Shown: positions 53,785 to 61,427 of the stretch, piece by piece
Layout: each line of letters begins with the position of its first letter
Numbering within the stretch: position 1 is the first letter of the stretch
NCBI GenBank assembly: GCA_964413705.1
Contig: CAYPSK010000001.1
Coordinates: 1-62,360, forward strand
DNA from: Candidatus Woesearchaeota archaeon
Lineage (GTDB): Archaea; Nanobdellota; Nanobdellia; Pacearchaeales; UBA284
DNA length: 62,360 bases
Direction: 5' to 3'
The notes under the pieces: generated by a model
Databases searched by the model: none
The model's input: the letters and a program-made list of their open reading frames with translations, nothing else
Told to the model about the DNA's origin: nothing
Position numbers and translations under genes: made by a program

Positions 53785-54273
53785 ATGAAAAAAGAGGACG
53801 AAGAAAACAATTCTCCATTTGCAAGAGAAAGTGAAACACATGAAAGAATTCATTCTCATCTTAAAGCACATCCAAGAGGATTAACAACACAAGAAATAGA
53901 ACAGCAAACAGGAATTTCTAGAAAAGCAGTTGAAAAACATCTTCAAATGCTTTTATTTTCTAATGATATTTATATGAAACAACTTGGAAGTACAAGGGTT
54001 TATTATCCAAATCATAGGTATCATCATATAGATTTTAAATATTTTGATGTTGGCAAAAAAAGATTTTATATAGATTTAATTGAAAATGATTATGGTAAGT
54101 CTGTTCTTGTACAGCAAAAAATCAAGGAAAAAGACAAATGGATTACAAAAGGAAGTATCTTTATTCCAATAAATGCAACACAACAATTCTTAAAAAGCTT
54201 TAGCGATATAATAAACTCTAAGAGATTAAAAGATGAAATTAAAAAGGAGAAAGAAAATGGGAACAGAACATAA
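53785..54273 (+). CDS. Winged-helix protein upstream of the methyltransferase (possible R-M controller or regulator)
   Basis: IHSHLKAHPRGLTTQEIEQQTGISRKAVEKHLQMLLFSNDIYMKQLGSTRVYY is a wHTH pattern. Its 3' end overlaps the methyltransferase start. Confidence 0.5.
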   Translation: MKKEDEENNSPFARESETHERIHSHLKAHPRGLTTQEIEQQTGISRKAVEKHLQMLLFSNDIYMKQLGSTRVYYPNHRYHHIDFKYFDVGKKRFYIDLIENDYGKSVLVQQKIKEKDKWITKGSIFIPINATQQFLKSFSDIINSKRLKDEIKKEKENGNRT

Positions 54274-55072
54274 AATAATCTTAGGTGATGCTCTAAAAGT
54301 GTTAAAGAAAATTCCAGATAATTCTGTTGATCTGGTGTTTGCTGATCCACCTTACAACATGTCTAAGAAAAAAGGACTTGGTTGGGCTTATAGCAAACAT
54401 GTAACTATGCAGCAAGAATGGGATATGTTCTCTAAAGATGACTTTTTTAAGTTCAATAAAGAATGGATAGCAGAATGTTTAAGAGTTTTGAAACATGGTG
54501 GCAGTTTATGGATTTCTGGCAGTTTTCACAATATTTATCAAATTGGTTTTATCCTCCAACAACTACACCCAGAAATTAAAATAAATAATAGCATTGTTTG
54601 GTTTAAACCAAATGCTCAACCCAACATAACCTGCAGATTTTTTACAGAAAGTACAGAGCATTTAATTTGGGCTACAAAGAATGGAGATAAGAAGAAATGG
54701 AAATTTAATTATCAATTTACTAAAGATCATATTTTAGATAACATAAATCCAGAAGGGAAACAAACTAGGAATGTTTGGAGTATTCCCCTAACTCCTAAAA
54801 ATGAGAAATGGGCAGGAGCACATCCAACACAAAAACCATTTGAATTATTAAGACGAATCATTCTAAGTTCTACAGATGAAGGTGATACGGTTCTTGATCC
54901 TTTTGTAGGTTCTGGCACAACATCAGTAGTTGCTAAGTATTATGGCAGAAATTCAATAGGGATCGAAGTAGATAAAAAATATCAAGATATAATCAAAAAA
55001 AGATTAGAAAAATCACAAAAAACTGCTTCTGGAGAAGAAGCAGAGGTTATCTTTGAGGATTTTAAAGATTAA
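54233..55072 (+). CDS. DNA methyltransferase, beta-class (N6-adenine or N4-cytosine; DPPY type)
   Basis: Motif IV LVFADPPYN is near the N-terminus and AdoMet motif I DPFVGSGTT is near the C-terminus, which is the circularly permuted beta order. The likely start is the ATG at 54257. Confidence 0.85.
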   Translation: MKLKRRKKMGTEHKIILGDALKVLKKIPDNSVDLVFADPPYNMSKKKGLGWAYSKHVTMQQEWDMFSKDDFFKFNKEWIAECLRVLKHGGSLWISGSFHNIYQIGFILQQLHPEIKINNSIVWFKPNAQPNITCRFFTESTEHLIWATKNGDKKKWKFNYQFTKDHILDNINPEGKQTRNVWSIPLTPKNEKWAGAHPTQKPFELLRRIILSSTDEGDTVLDPFVGSGTTSVVAKYYGRNSIGIEVDKKYQDIIKKRLEKSQKTASGEEAEVIFEDFKD

Positions 55073-55677
55073 TTCATATACCAAAGAGGTTTGAGATTAC
55101 TTTCACATTTTTTATGTTTTTTATTCTCTTTATAAGTATATTTTGTTATTGGTGGTTGCCCATTACATACACTCATACATAAATTATCTATCTCTTTAGG
55201 GTTATCAATAAATTCTCTAATCCAACCCTGAAAAAACAGATTGGCAGGTTCAAAATAACTTTCTTTATTATATGCATACTCTTGTTCAATAAGAAATAAT
55301 TGTGCCAAAACTCCAATAATAAGTAAATCATTAAGATAATGCTCAAACTTTTCTTTTGACAGTTTAGCAAGTTCCTTTTCTGGGTTCGATCCATAAAAAA
55401 TATTGTCAAAAGCAAGTAATAAGTCTCTCTTTAAATCTTGTCTGCTTCTAACTCGGAGGTTTAAGTCAAGCATAACTCTAAGGTGATTTGGTCTAAATTC
55501 TCTTTCACCTTCTTTTAGCCATACCTGAAAATTCTTGTTTATATCATATCCTTTAAATCTTGGTGAAAGTATTGATGGCCTAAATAGCTGAACTTCTATG
55601 CCCTCTTTCTTAAATATAGTTTCCTTTTTATCAAAAGGCAGGTTTATCACGATCTTAAGCATTTCTGATTTAAGCAT
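55069..55677 (-). CDS. Hypothetical protein; positional candidate for the cognate restriction endonuclease
   Basis: Convergent with the methyltransferase, with a 4-nt overlap of the 3' ends. 202 aa. No catalytic motif could be assigned with confidence. Confidence 0.35.
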   Translation of the reverse strand: MLKSEMLKIVINLPFDKKETIFKKEGIEVQLFRPSILSPRFKGYDINKNFQVWLKEGEREFRPNHLRVMLDLNLRVRSRQDLKRDLLLAFDNIFYGSNPEKELAKLSKEKFEHYLNDLLIIGVLAQLFLIEQEYAYNKESYFEPANLFFQGWIREFIDNPKEIDNLCMSVCNGQPPITKYTYKENKKHKKCESNLKPLWYMN

Positions 55678-55713
55678 AAAACATTAAGAAACCCCAACTT
55701 TTTAAAAGGATCC

Positions 55714-55905
55714 TTGCCTAGTCTCTTCATGGCAATAATGGGTAGAACCAAAAGAGCAAATGCGCAGAGATGGAATGCTATTAATAAGCAAAGAGAAAAA
55801 GAAAATGATTGTGAACCTAAAAAAGAAGAAAAAAAGATTTCTAAAGGGGAAATGGGGAAATTAATTCAAATAATAAGGGAAGCGGCAGCAAAAAAGTCTG
55901 ATTAG
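55714..55905 (+). CDS. Possible small basic protein
   Basis: A 63-aa Lys/Arg/Glu-rich ORF. Its coding status is uncertain. Confidence 0.25.
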   Translation: MPSLFMAIMGRTKRANAQRWNAINKQREKENDCEPKKEEKKISKGEMGKLIQIIREAAAKKSD

Positions 55906-56064
55906 CCATTTTTCGCCCCCTCACACCACGCGCAACCCTTCGCAGGACACTCCCCATTCAAAAGATCTAGGGCCTCTTTCCAAACTCGCTCTACTATCTT
56001 TACATTGACTTCCATCTTAATAAGATTTGTATTGAATAAGACTTCTCCTGTCTCTAAAACTCCT
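55902..56064 (-). pseudogene. Orphan 3' end (53 codons + stop) of a Cas4-like nuclease gene
   Basis: The minus frame reads GVLETGEVLFNTNLIKMEVNVKIVERVWKEALDLLNGECPAKGCAWCEGAKNG-stop. This is colinear with the C-terminus of 57049..57768. Nucleotide identity is about 85% by eye over about 150 nt. No upstream part of the gene is present. Confidence 0.65.
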
Positions 56065-56419
56065 AGTTTTTATTCTTTTCTAAATCTTTTTTTATTTTTT
56101 GGATCTTTTCTTTTAAGTCCGGAAGATCTTTTTTGATAATATTCCAAACTATGTTCAAATCGACTCCAAAATAATGGTGAATCATTTTATCCCTTGTTCC
56201 TACAATCTCTTTCCAAGGTATTGAAGAATATTTTTCTTTTAAATTATCTGAAATATTTTTTATTGCTTCACCTATAATCTCTATCTCTCTTACAATTGCA
56301 CTCTGTTTCATCCTATTTGAAATTAATTCTTCCTTGTCCATATTTTTAGAAAATTCATCTATTGCATTGATACTTTCTAAAATATGTTTAATAAATATTA
56401 CATCTTCTTTATTATTCAT
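56063..56419 (-). CDS. hepT: HEPN (DUF86) toxin of a HEPN-MNT module
   Basis: WKEIVGTRDKMIHHYFGVD carries the Rx4H HEPN motif. 118 aa. 4-nt overlap with the upstream MNT gene. Confidence 0.8.
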   Translation of the reverse strand: MNNKEDVIFIKHILESINAIDEFSKNMDKEELISNRMKQSAIVREIEIIGEAIKNISDNLKEKYSSIPWKEIVGTRDKMIHHYFGVDLNIVWNIIKKDLPDLKEKIQKIKKDLEKNKN

Positions 56420-56889
56420 ATTATCCTCACTTCCTGACTTAAAATCTTATCTTTAAGATAAGGGCTTATTCCATTATAGCTTACTAAATCTACTTTTCTT
56501 TTTAATGCTTTTTCAAGTTCAAATTGAACTCCAACAAACTGCAAACCCATCCCCTTAGGGGGCTGTATTAAAATATCAATATCACTATTTTTTTTCTGTT
56601 CTCCCTTTACGTAACTTCCAAATATTCCTGCTTTTTTTATTTTATTTTTTTTTAAAATTTTAATTATTTTCGGTTTTATTTTTTCTATGACACTTTTCTT
56701 TGCATCTTTCTTTAATTTATTTTTTAGAAGCACTTTATCTGCTTTTTTTTCTTTTTCAGCTAATTCCTTATCAAACAAGTCAACACCCAAATATTTTCTT
56801 TTTTTTGAAACTTTATTTCCTTTTCTAACAGAGATAACTCTATAATAATATTTTTTTTTATTTCTCTTCTGTATTTCAGTATATACCAT
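56416..56889 (-). CDS. mntA: Minimal nucleotidyltransferase (MNT) antitoxin with a Lys-rich N-terminal extension
   Basis: GIFGSYVKGEQKKNSDIDILI matches GSx(n)SDxD of the pol-beta-type NTase. An extra basic segment of about 70 aa lies at the N-terminus (KKKYYYRVISVRKGNKVSKKRKYLG). Confidence 0.8.
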   Translation of the reverse strand: MVYTEIQKRNKKKYYYRVISVRKGNKVSKKRKYLGVDLFDKELAEKEKKADKVLLKNKLKKDAKKSVIEKIKPKIIKILKKNKIKKAGIFGSYVKGEQKKNSDIDILIQPPKGMGLQFVGVQFELEKALKRKVDLVSYNGISPYLKDKILSQEVRII

Positions 56890-57048
56890 GTTGTGTGTAT
56901 GTCTACATTGTTTATAAATCTTTCTGTAGACATATAAGCGAAGGGCATAAAAAATAGTTTGCTATATTATTTTAATCAATTATGAAAAATTGTGAAGAAA
57001 TAACTACTATTCTTCCTCTTTCTCCTCCTTAAACTCCTCCCAAACTTT

Positions 57049-57768
57049 TTATTTTTCTCCTTTTCCTTCACACCACTCACACCCCTTCTTAGGACACTCT
57101 CCATTCAAAAGCTCAAGGGCCTCTTTCCAAACCTTTTCTACTATTTTTATATTGACTTCCATCTTAATGAGATTTGTATTGAACAAGACTTCCCCTGTCT
57201 CTAAAACCTCTTTTGGATGATAGAATAATAGGAAAAAATGATCCCCTGTTTCAAATCCGTTTTTTTGTAATAAGAAATTATAGATATTCTGCTGCAACCT
57301 ATAGTGCTCTGCAGTATCTTCTTTTAATGGAAAGCCCCGAGTCTTATAATCTAAAACAAATAACTTGTTTCCATCAACTAATATATTATCAACAGCCCCA
57401 TGCAAAACATTTTCTTGTTCATCTGTCCAGGTAATTCCCTTAAAATTATTTCTCCATTTATCTAATAACTCTTTGTTGTTGAATAACTTCATGTTCTTGC
57501 AATGAACATGCTCTCTGATTTCAGGAGGCAAAGTCCCTTGTTCAGCAAACTTGTCAAAATGTTTTTTTAAAACTCCATCCATGCCACTTGGAAGACTTGG
57601 AAAAATCCCTAAAGGTCTTTTCCAAACTTCATGTTGTGTAAGCCAGAAACATCTTGGGCACTCTTTCATCAAGTTTAGTGTGCTTGGGGATAATTTGTAT
57701 GTTTGTGGCATTTTGTATAAAAAGGCTAGAGAATTGGATGTTTTAAGAGTTTCTATTCTAAGAACCAC
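57049..57768 (-). CDS. Cas4/RecB-like PD-(D/E)XK nuclease with Cys cluster, stand-alone
   Basis: An N-terminal Cys (ECPRCFW). Nuclease motifs GAVDNILVD...LFVLDYKTRG (D...D/ExK) and QQNIYNFLL (QhxxY). The C-terminal cluster is CPKKGCEWC. The likely start is MPQTYK at 57711. Confidence 0.7.
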   Translation of the reverse strand: MVLRIETLKTSNSLAFLYKMPQTYKLSPSTLNLMKECPRCFWLTQHEVWKRPLGIFPSLPSGMDGVLKKHFDKFAEQGTLPPEIREHVHCKNMKLFNNKELLDKWRNNFKGITWTDEQENVLHGAVDNILVDGNKLFVLDYKTRGFPLKEDTAEHYRLQQNIYNFLLQKNGFETGDHFFLLFYHPKEVLETGEVLFNTNLIKMEVNIKIVEKVWKEALELLNGECPKKGCEWCEGKGEK

Positions 57769-57772
57769 AGAA

Positions 57773-58129
57773 CTAATTGTAGACTAATACTTCTTGTCTG
57801 GGTGTTTTATGCCCCAAGTCCAAAGTAAGAGGGATTTGAACATTGACCTCTTTATCTTCTTTCTTGAATGTTATCATAAGTAAAACATAAACATGATTGG
57901 TTTTATAGTTTACAGACATTTTCATGCTTTTAATGTTCTTCAAGATGTTTTTGTCTATTCCTAAGTTCTCACTCGCATCCATAATCTCTATACCACAAAC
58001 AAGATTTTCATGATTTACATCTAAAACAAAATCCCCTATATCTATAGAAGCTTTTACTTTCTCCTCATTCGATATAAAGAGTATATCGCTATTTTCATCG
58101 TAATCTATTGTTTTAATTGGTTTTGCCAT
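57773..58129 (-). CDS. DUF2283-like protein (putative antitoxin)
   Basis: The N-terminus IDYDENSDILFISNEE... is the characteristic DUF2283 (YuzE-like) opening. It overlaps the upstream DUF4258-like gene by 25 nt. Confidence 0.55.
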   Translation of the reverse strand: MAKPIKTIDYDENSDILFISNEEKVKASIDIGDFVLDVNHENLVCGIEIMDASENLGIDKNILKNIKSMKMSVNYKTNHVYVLLMITFKKEDKEVNVQIPLTLDLGHKTPRQEVLVYN

Positions 58130-58422
58130 TTTCTATTGCTATTCCAAGCACTTATAACTTTTAAACCTTTTGGATTTATTTCAATGATAATTTCACTAAT
58201 GATAATCAAAGAGTATTTTTTGCTCATCTTAAACCATAGCTTAAACATATCTTTTTCTTTTCCTCTTTCAATTTTTTCTAATTTATTAGTTTGAGATAGA
58301 AAACTTCGAATCATGCTTTCATTTATGGGTCTTTCTTTAGTCCTTTTATAAAAATGAGGATCAAAAAGAACATCATTTTGATTTAATTCTTCAAGAAAAC
58401 TTTTAACCTCATTTAATTCCAT
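58105..58422 (-). CDS. DUF4258-like protein (putative toxin)
   Basis: 105 aa. FDPHFYKRTKERPINESMIRSFL resembles the H...R..(E/R)R.I opening of DUF4258. It is paired with a DUF2283-like gene, as in predicted TA modules. Confidence 0.45.
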   Translation of the reverse strand: MELNEVKSFLEELNQNDVLFDPHFYKRTKERPINESMIRSFLSQTNKLEKIERGKEKDMFKLWFKMSKKYSLIIISEIIIEINPKGLKVISAWNSNRKWQNQLKQ

Positions 58423-58537
58423 TTCGCATTCCTATTTTCTATAAGAAGACTATTATTTCAATTCTTTTAAGAGTTTCGTTTTCCGATTCTTTAAAACAAA
58501 AGGCAAAGTTTTTAAGTTTGTAACTCTCTAATTTTAT

Positions 58538-59353
58538 TTGAAAATGTTGCGAGCGACATCAAAAGTAAGAGAAATAGCAGAACGAATGGAAAAGTATAGA
58601 TGGGATATCCCGCGCCAGATAGAATATATGAAACAGGACCCTAGTACTTATGCTGATTGTCACACTCTAAGGCAGTATAGAGGGCTGATTTTTGAACTGG
58701 CTGCACAAGATGTCTTAAGGGGCCTTTCTTTTGATCCAGAAGCTCAAATGGAGCCAATTACTGGGGATCATCCAGATTACTGGGAAACTTTTGGCAGGGG
58801 CACTTCTAAAAAATTCGGGCCTGTTTGCTTGTCTGGAAAAGCCATGCTAACAAGAAAACGAGAGTATGATTCAGTTGTTAATATTGCAGGCACACCTACT
58901 GTATTTGAAGCCACTCTTTCAACTAGGAGGGTTCAAGAACTCGCAAACCCAACTAAAATTATAACTCGCCTACAGCCCCTTGAACATAGATTAAATCAAG
59001 AGGTCGCTTATGTTATTGTCACCATAGCTGATTCATTTGCAGGCACAAATCCTGAATCACGCGATATAAGGCGCAGTGTCTATGATTTCATGAATAAGGG
59101 TGGGGTGATAGTTAGAGCTCCATTCAGTTGCAGAGACTTTAAAGAAGAGGTCACTGGGCGCGTAATAGAATCTGCTTTTCCTGTTCATTTCGAGTCTTCT
59201 GCTCCTACCCCTGTGTATTCTTGGATGTTTGTGAGAATCGGAAAGTCTGGGAGGAAGTCAAATGGTACGTATACGCCCCACAAATCAAGAGAGACAGACG
59301 CTCATGTGAGAAGGTTTTTAAAATCAGAAGGAAAAAGACTTGGTCTTGTTTAA
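58538..59353 (+). CDS. Hypothetical protein, compositionally GC-richer than its surroundings
   Basis: A 271-aa ORF with non-repetitive composition. The segments GLIFELAAQDVL and EYDSVVNIAGTPTVFEATLS could be a degenerate nuclease-like core, but this is unproven. Confidence 0.45.
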   Translation: MKMLRATSKVREIAERMEKYRWDIPRQIEYMKQDPSTYADCHTLRQYRGLIFELAAQDVLRGLSFDPEAQMEPITGDHPDYWETFGRGTSKKFGPVCLSGKAMLTRKREYDSVVNIAGTPTVFEATLSTRRVQELANPTKIITRLQPLEHRLNQEVAYVIVTIADSFAGTNPESRDIRRSVYDFMNKGGVIVRAPFSCRDFKEEVTGRVIESAFPVHFESSAPTPVYSWMFVRIGKSGRKSNGTYTPHKSRETDAHVRRFLKSEGKRLGLV

Positions 59354-59470
59354 GGCTTTCGCCCATATTCCCCCTCCTTATTTTTCAGAACTCTGTGATT
59401 TTTATTCTCTATTCATTGCGGGCACCGTGATTCTTTTTCGATTTTGCGCTCAGTCGCCCACGGTTGTTTT

Positions 59471-59800
59471 TTATCTTCTTTCCTGATAATGCTTAACTAC
59501 AAAATCTAAGCCCTTTCTGATGCTTGGAATTAAAGAACGAGCATGATCTTTTATGAAATTTGCAGTAGATTCTCCAATACCGCTATAATATGCTGCAACA
59601 AATGCTTTTCCTGCCTCATATTTCATAAGAACATGATCTCTAAATTCTCTAAGAACATCAACTTGTGGGGCATTTATATTATTATAAGCCACTGTGGCAA
59701 CAAAGCAGATGCCTTTTCTTGGTATAGCTGGAGGACCATTAGATTCTGCAGGACCAATCTCCTTAAGGCCTCCCATCAAATTTTTATTATCAAATCTCAT
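59471..59800 (-). CDS. Hypothetical protein with a C(F/I)xAT.AY ... LR.FRD motif
   Basis: GICFVATVAYNNINAPQVDVLREFRDHVL is a motif I recall from a widespread domain of unknown function. I cannot name it reliably. Confidence 0.45.
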   Translation of the reverse strand: MRFDNKNLMGGLKEIGPAESNGPPAIPRKGICFVATVAYNNINAPQVDVLREFRDHVLMKYEAGKAFVAAYYSGIGESTANFIKDHARSLIPSIRKGLDFVVKHYQERR

Positions 59801-60086
59801 GTTTCTATCTGGCCTTTAGACTTTTTAAGGATTATTGCTTTCTATTATAATATAAAATCCTTTCGCCTCCTTCGCTCGGCTGATTCTTTTAAGAAACAGA
59901 AAACGAAATATTTAAATCTCTAAAAAACATATATAAAACATAGGGAAACAGACCCTGACGAAACCTATGCTTGACATAGTTAGTAGGATTGACTGGCCTA
60001 CTTACCCTATGTGTTCTAGGAATTTAGACAGATGATTTTACCATGTGGTTTAGAAATTCCAGGATTTTTAAGTTTTTGGTGATTTT

Positions 60087-60689
60087 TTGGATGATGAAGA
60101 ACATAAATTATTTAAAGAAGTTCGCATAATCTCACATATGAAAAAGAGAAAAATGAAGAAAATGAAAAAAAAGTGGGTACATCACTCCTTTAAAAAATAT
60201 AATCCTAATTTTCCAAAGTGGTTTGCTCAAGAAAAAAATAAATTAAAAAAGGTTCTTGGAAAAATTAAAAATGCAAAAATTGAGCACATTGGAAGCACAG
60301 CTGTTCCAGGGCTTGGAGGCAAAGGCATAGTAGATATTGCGATTTTTTTGCCAAGACAAGGGATAGATGCAGCAAAAAAGAAGATATCTAGTCAGGGATA
60401 TAAAGAGTGGCCTGTTCCTAAAAAACTGAATTTTTTTTCTTTTAAAAAATTTTATGGTCCAGAAACCTCCCTAAGCAAAGTTTTCCATATTCATATAACT
60501 GCAGATAAAAAAGTATTTGAAAAAATGTTTGTCTTTAGGGATTATCTAAGAGAGCGTCCAGATATTTCAGAGAAGTATGCAAAACTTAAGAAAAAAGCAT
60601 CTAAAATATGCAAGGGCAGCTTTATAGCCTATAGGAAATTGAAAAATCCATTTATCAAATCCATTATTAAAAAAGCTGAGAAAAATTAA
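60087..60689 (+). CDS. GrpB (UPF0157) family nucleotidyltransferase-fold protein
   Basis: HIGSTAVPGLGGKGIVDIAI and FRDYLRERPD are GrpB signatures. The true start is probably an internal Met (around 60129-60162). Confidence 0.7.
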   Translation: MDDEEHKLFKEVRIISHMKKRKMKKMKKKWVHHSFKKYNPNFPKWFAQEKNKLKKVLGKIKNAKIEHIGSTAVPGLGGKGIVDIAIFLPRQGIDAAKKKISSQGYKEWPVPKKLNFFSFKKFYGPETSLSKVFHIHITADKKVFEKMFVFRDYLRERPDISEKYAKLKKKASKICKGSFIAYRKLKNPFIKSIIKKAEKN

Positions 60690-60737
60690 AAGCCCTATCG
60701 ATGGTCCGATGAATAAAGAGATTTCTGAAAAAGATAA

Positions 60738-61361
60738 TTAAAAATAATCTTTAAAATTTTCTCGGATTTCATCAAAACTCTGTTCTGAAAGGTCAAAATT
60801 TCTCTGAGGCCCAGTATTATTAAGGTCTTCAAGAAGCTCAAAAAATTCGTCTTTATCAATTGGGTCAAGATGAAATTCTTTGCATACTTCTTTTATCTCT
60901 TGGATTATTCTGTCTGCATCTTCTTTTTCATGGACAATTCTCTCTGCTTCAAAATAATCCAATCCTGTTGTTTTTACAAGCGCGAATTCAGTGTCTTTAT
61001 AATTAAAAATATAAGCCTTTGTAGCAATTGTGACCCCATGGTTCCATTCTAACAATTTGAGCATTTCAACTGCTTTTTCAAAGTCACTAGTTTGTATTGG
61101 GATAAGAATCTCTTCTCTGCCTTCGCATCCGCTAAGTTTTCCGTATTTTAAAACTAATTCGGGTTTTTTATTTGTAATCCTTATCCTAAGGTCAACTAAT
61201 TCATTTTCAACATCTTCCCTAAGCGGCCTAGCCCCTTTTCTTAGAAAAAGCATAGTAAATCTATCCTTCTCCTTAACAAACTGGACGTCCTTATCTTTTC
61301 TAAATTTTTCAAGAGTTTCTTCAAAGTTCTCCACTCTTCCACGGACTTCCACTTCAATCAT
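60738..61361 (-). CDS. CYTH-domain protein (CyaB-like class IV adenylyl cyclase / triphosphatase fold)
   Basis: An N-terminal MIEVEVRG (ExExK-like), then DLRIRI, LVLKYGK and a later FEAER, as in triphosphate tunnel metalloenzymes. Confidence 0.65.
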   Translation of the reverse strand: MIEVEVRGRVENFEETLEKFRKDKDVQFVKEKDRFTMLFLRKGARPLREDVENELVDLRIRITNKKPELVLKYGKLSGCEGREEILIPIQTSDFEKAVEMLKLLEWNHGVTIATKAYIFNYKDTEFALVKTTGLDYFEAERIVHEKEDADRIIQEIKEVCKEFHLDPIDKDEFFELLEDLNNTGPQRNFDLSEQSFDEIRENFKDYF

Positions 61362-61427
61362 AAGAGTTTCAAGTGATTATACTATTAAAATTTTCGCTTT
61401 ATTTTCAAGAAACAGTTATACCCCGCT

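Noticed and set aside
59431-59890. 10-nt direct repeat TGATTCTTTT on both sides of the 59471..59800 gene; considered as a target-site duplication
   Set aside because: It is only 10 nt, T-rich and expected by chance in this composition. There are no terminal inverted repeats or transposase.
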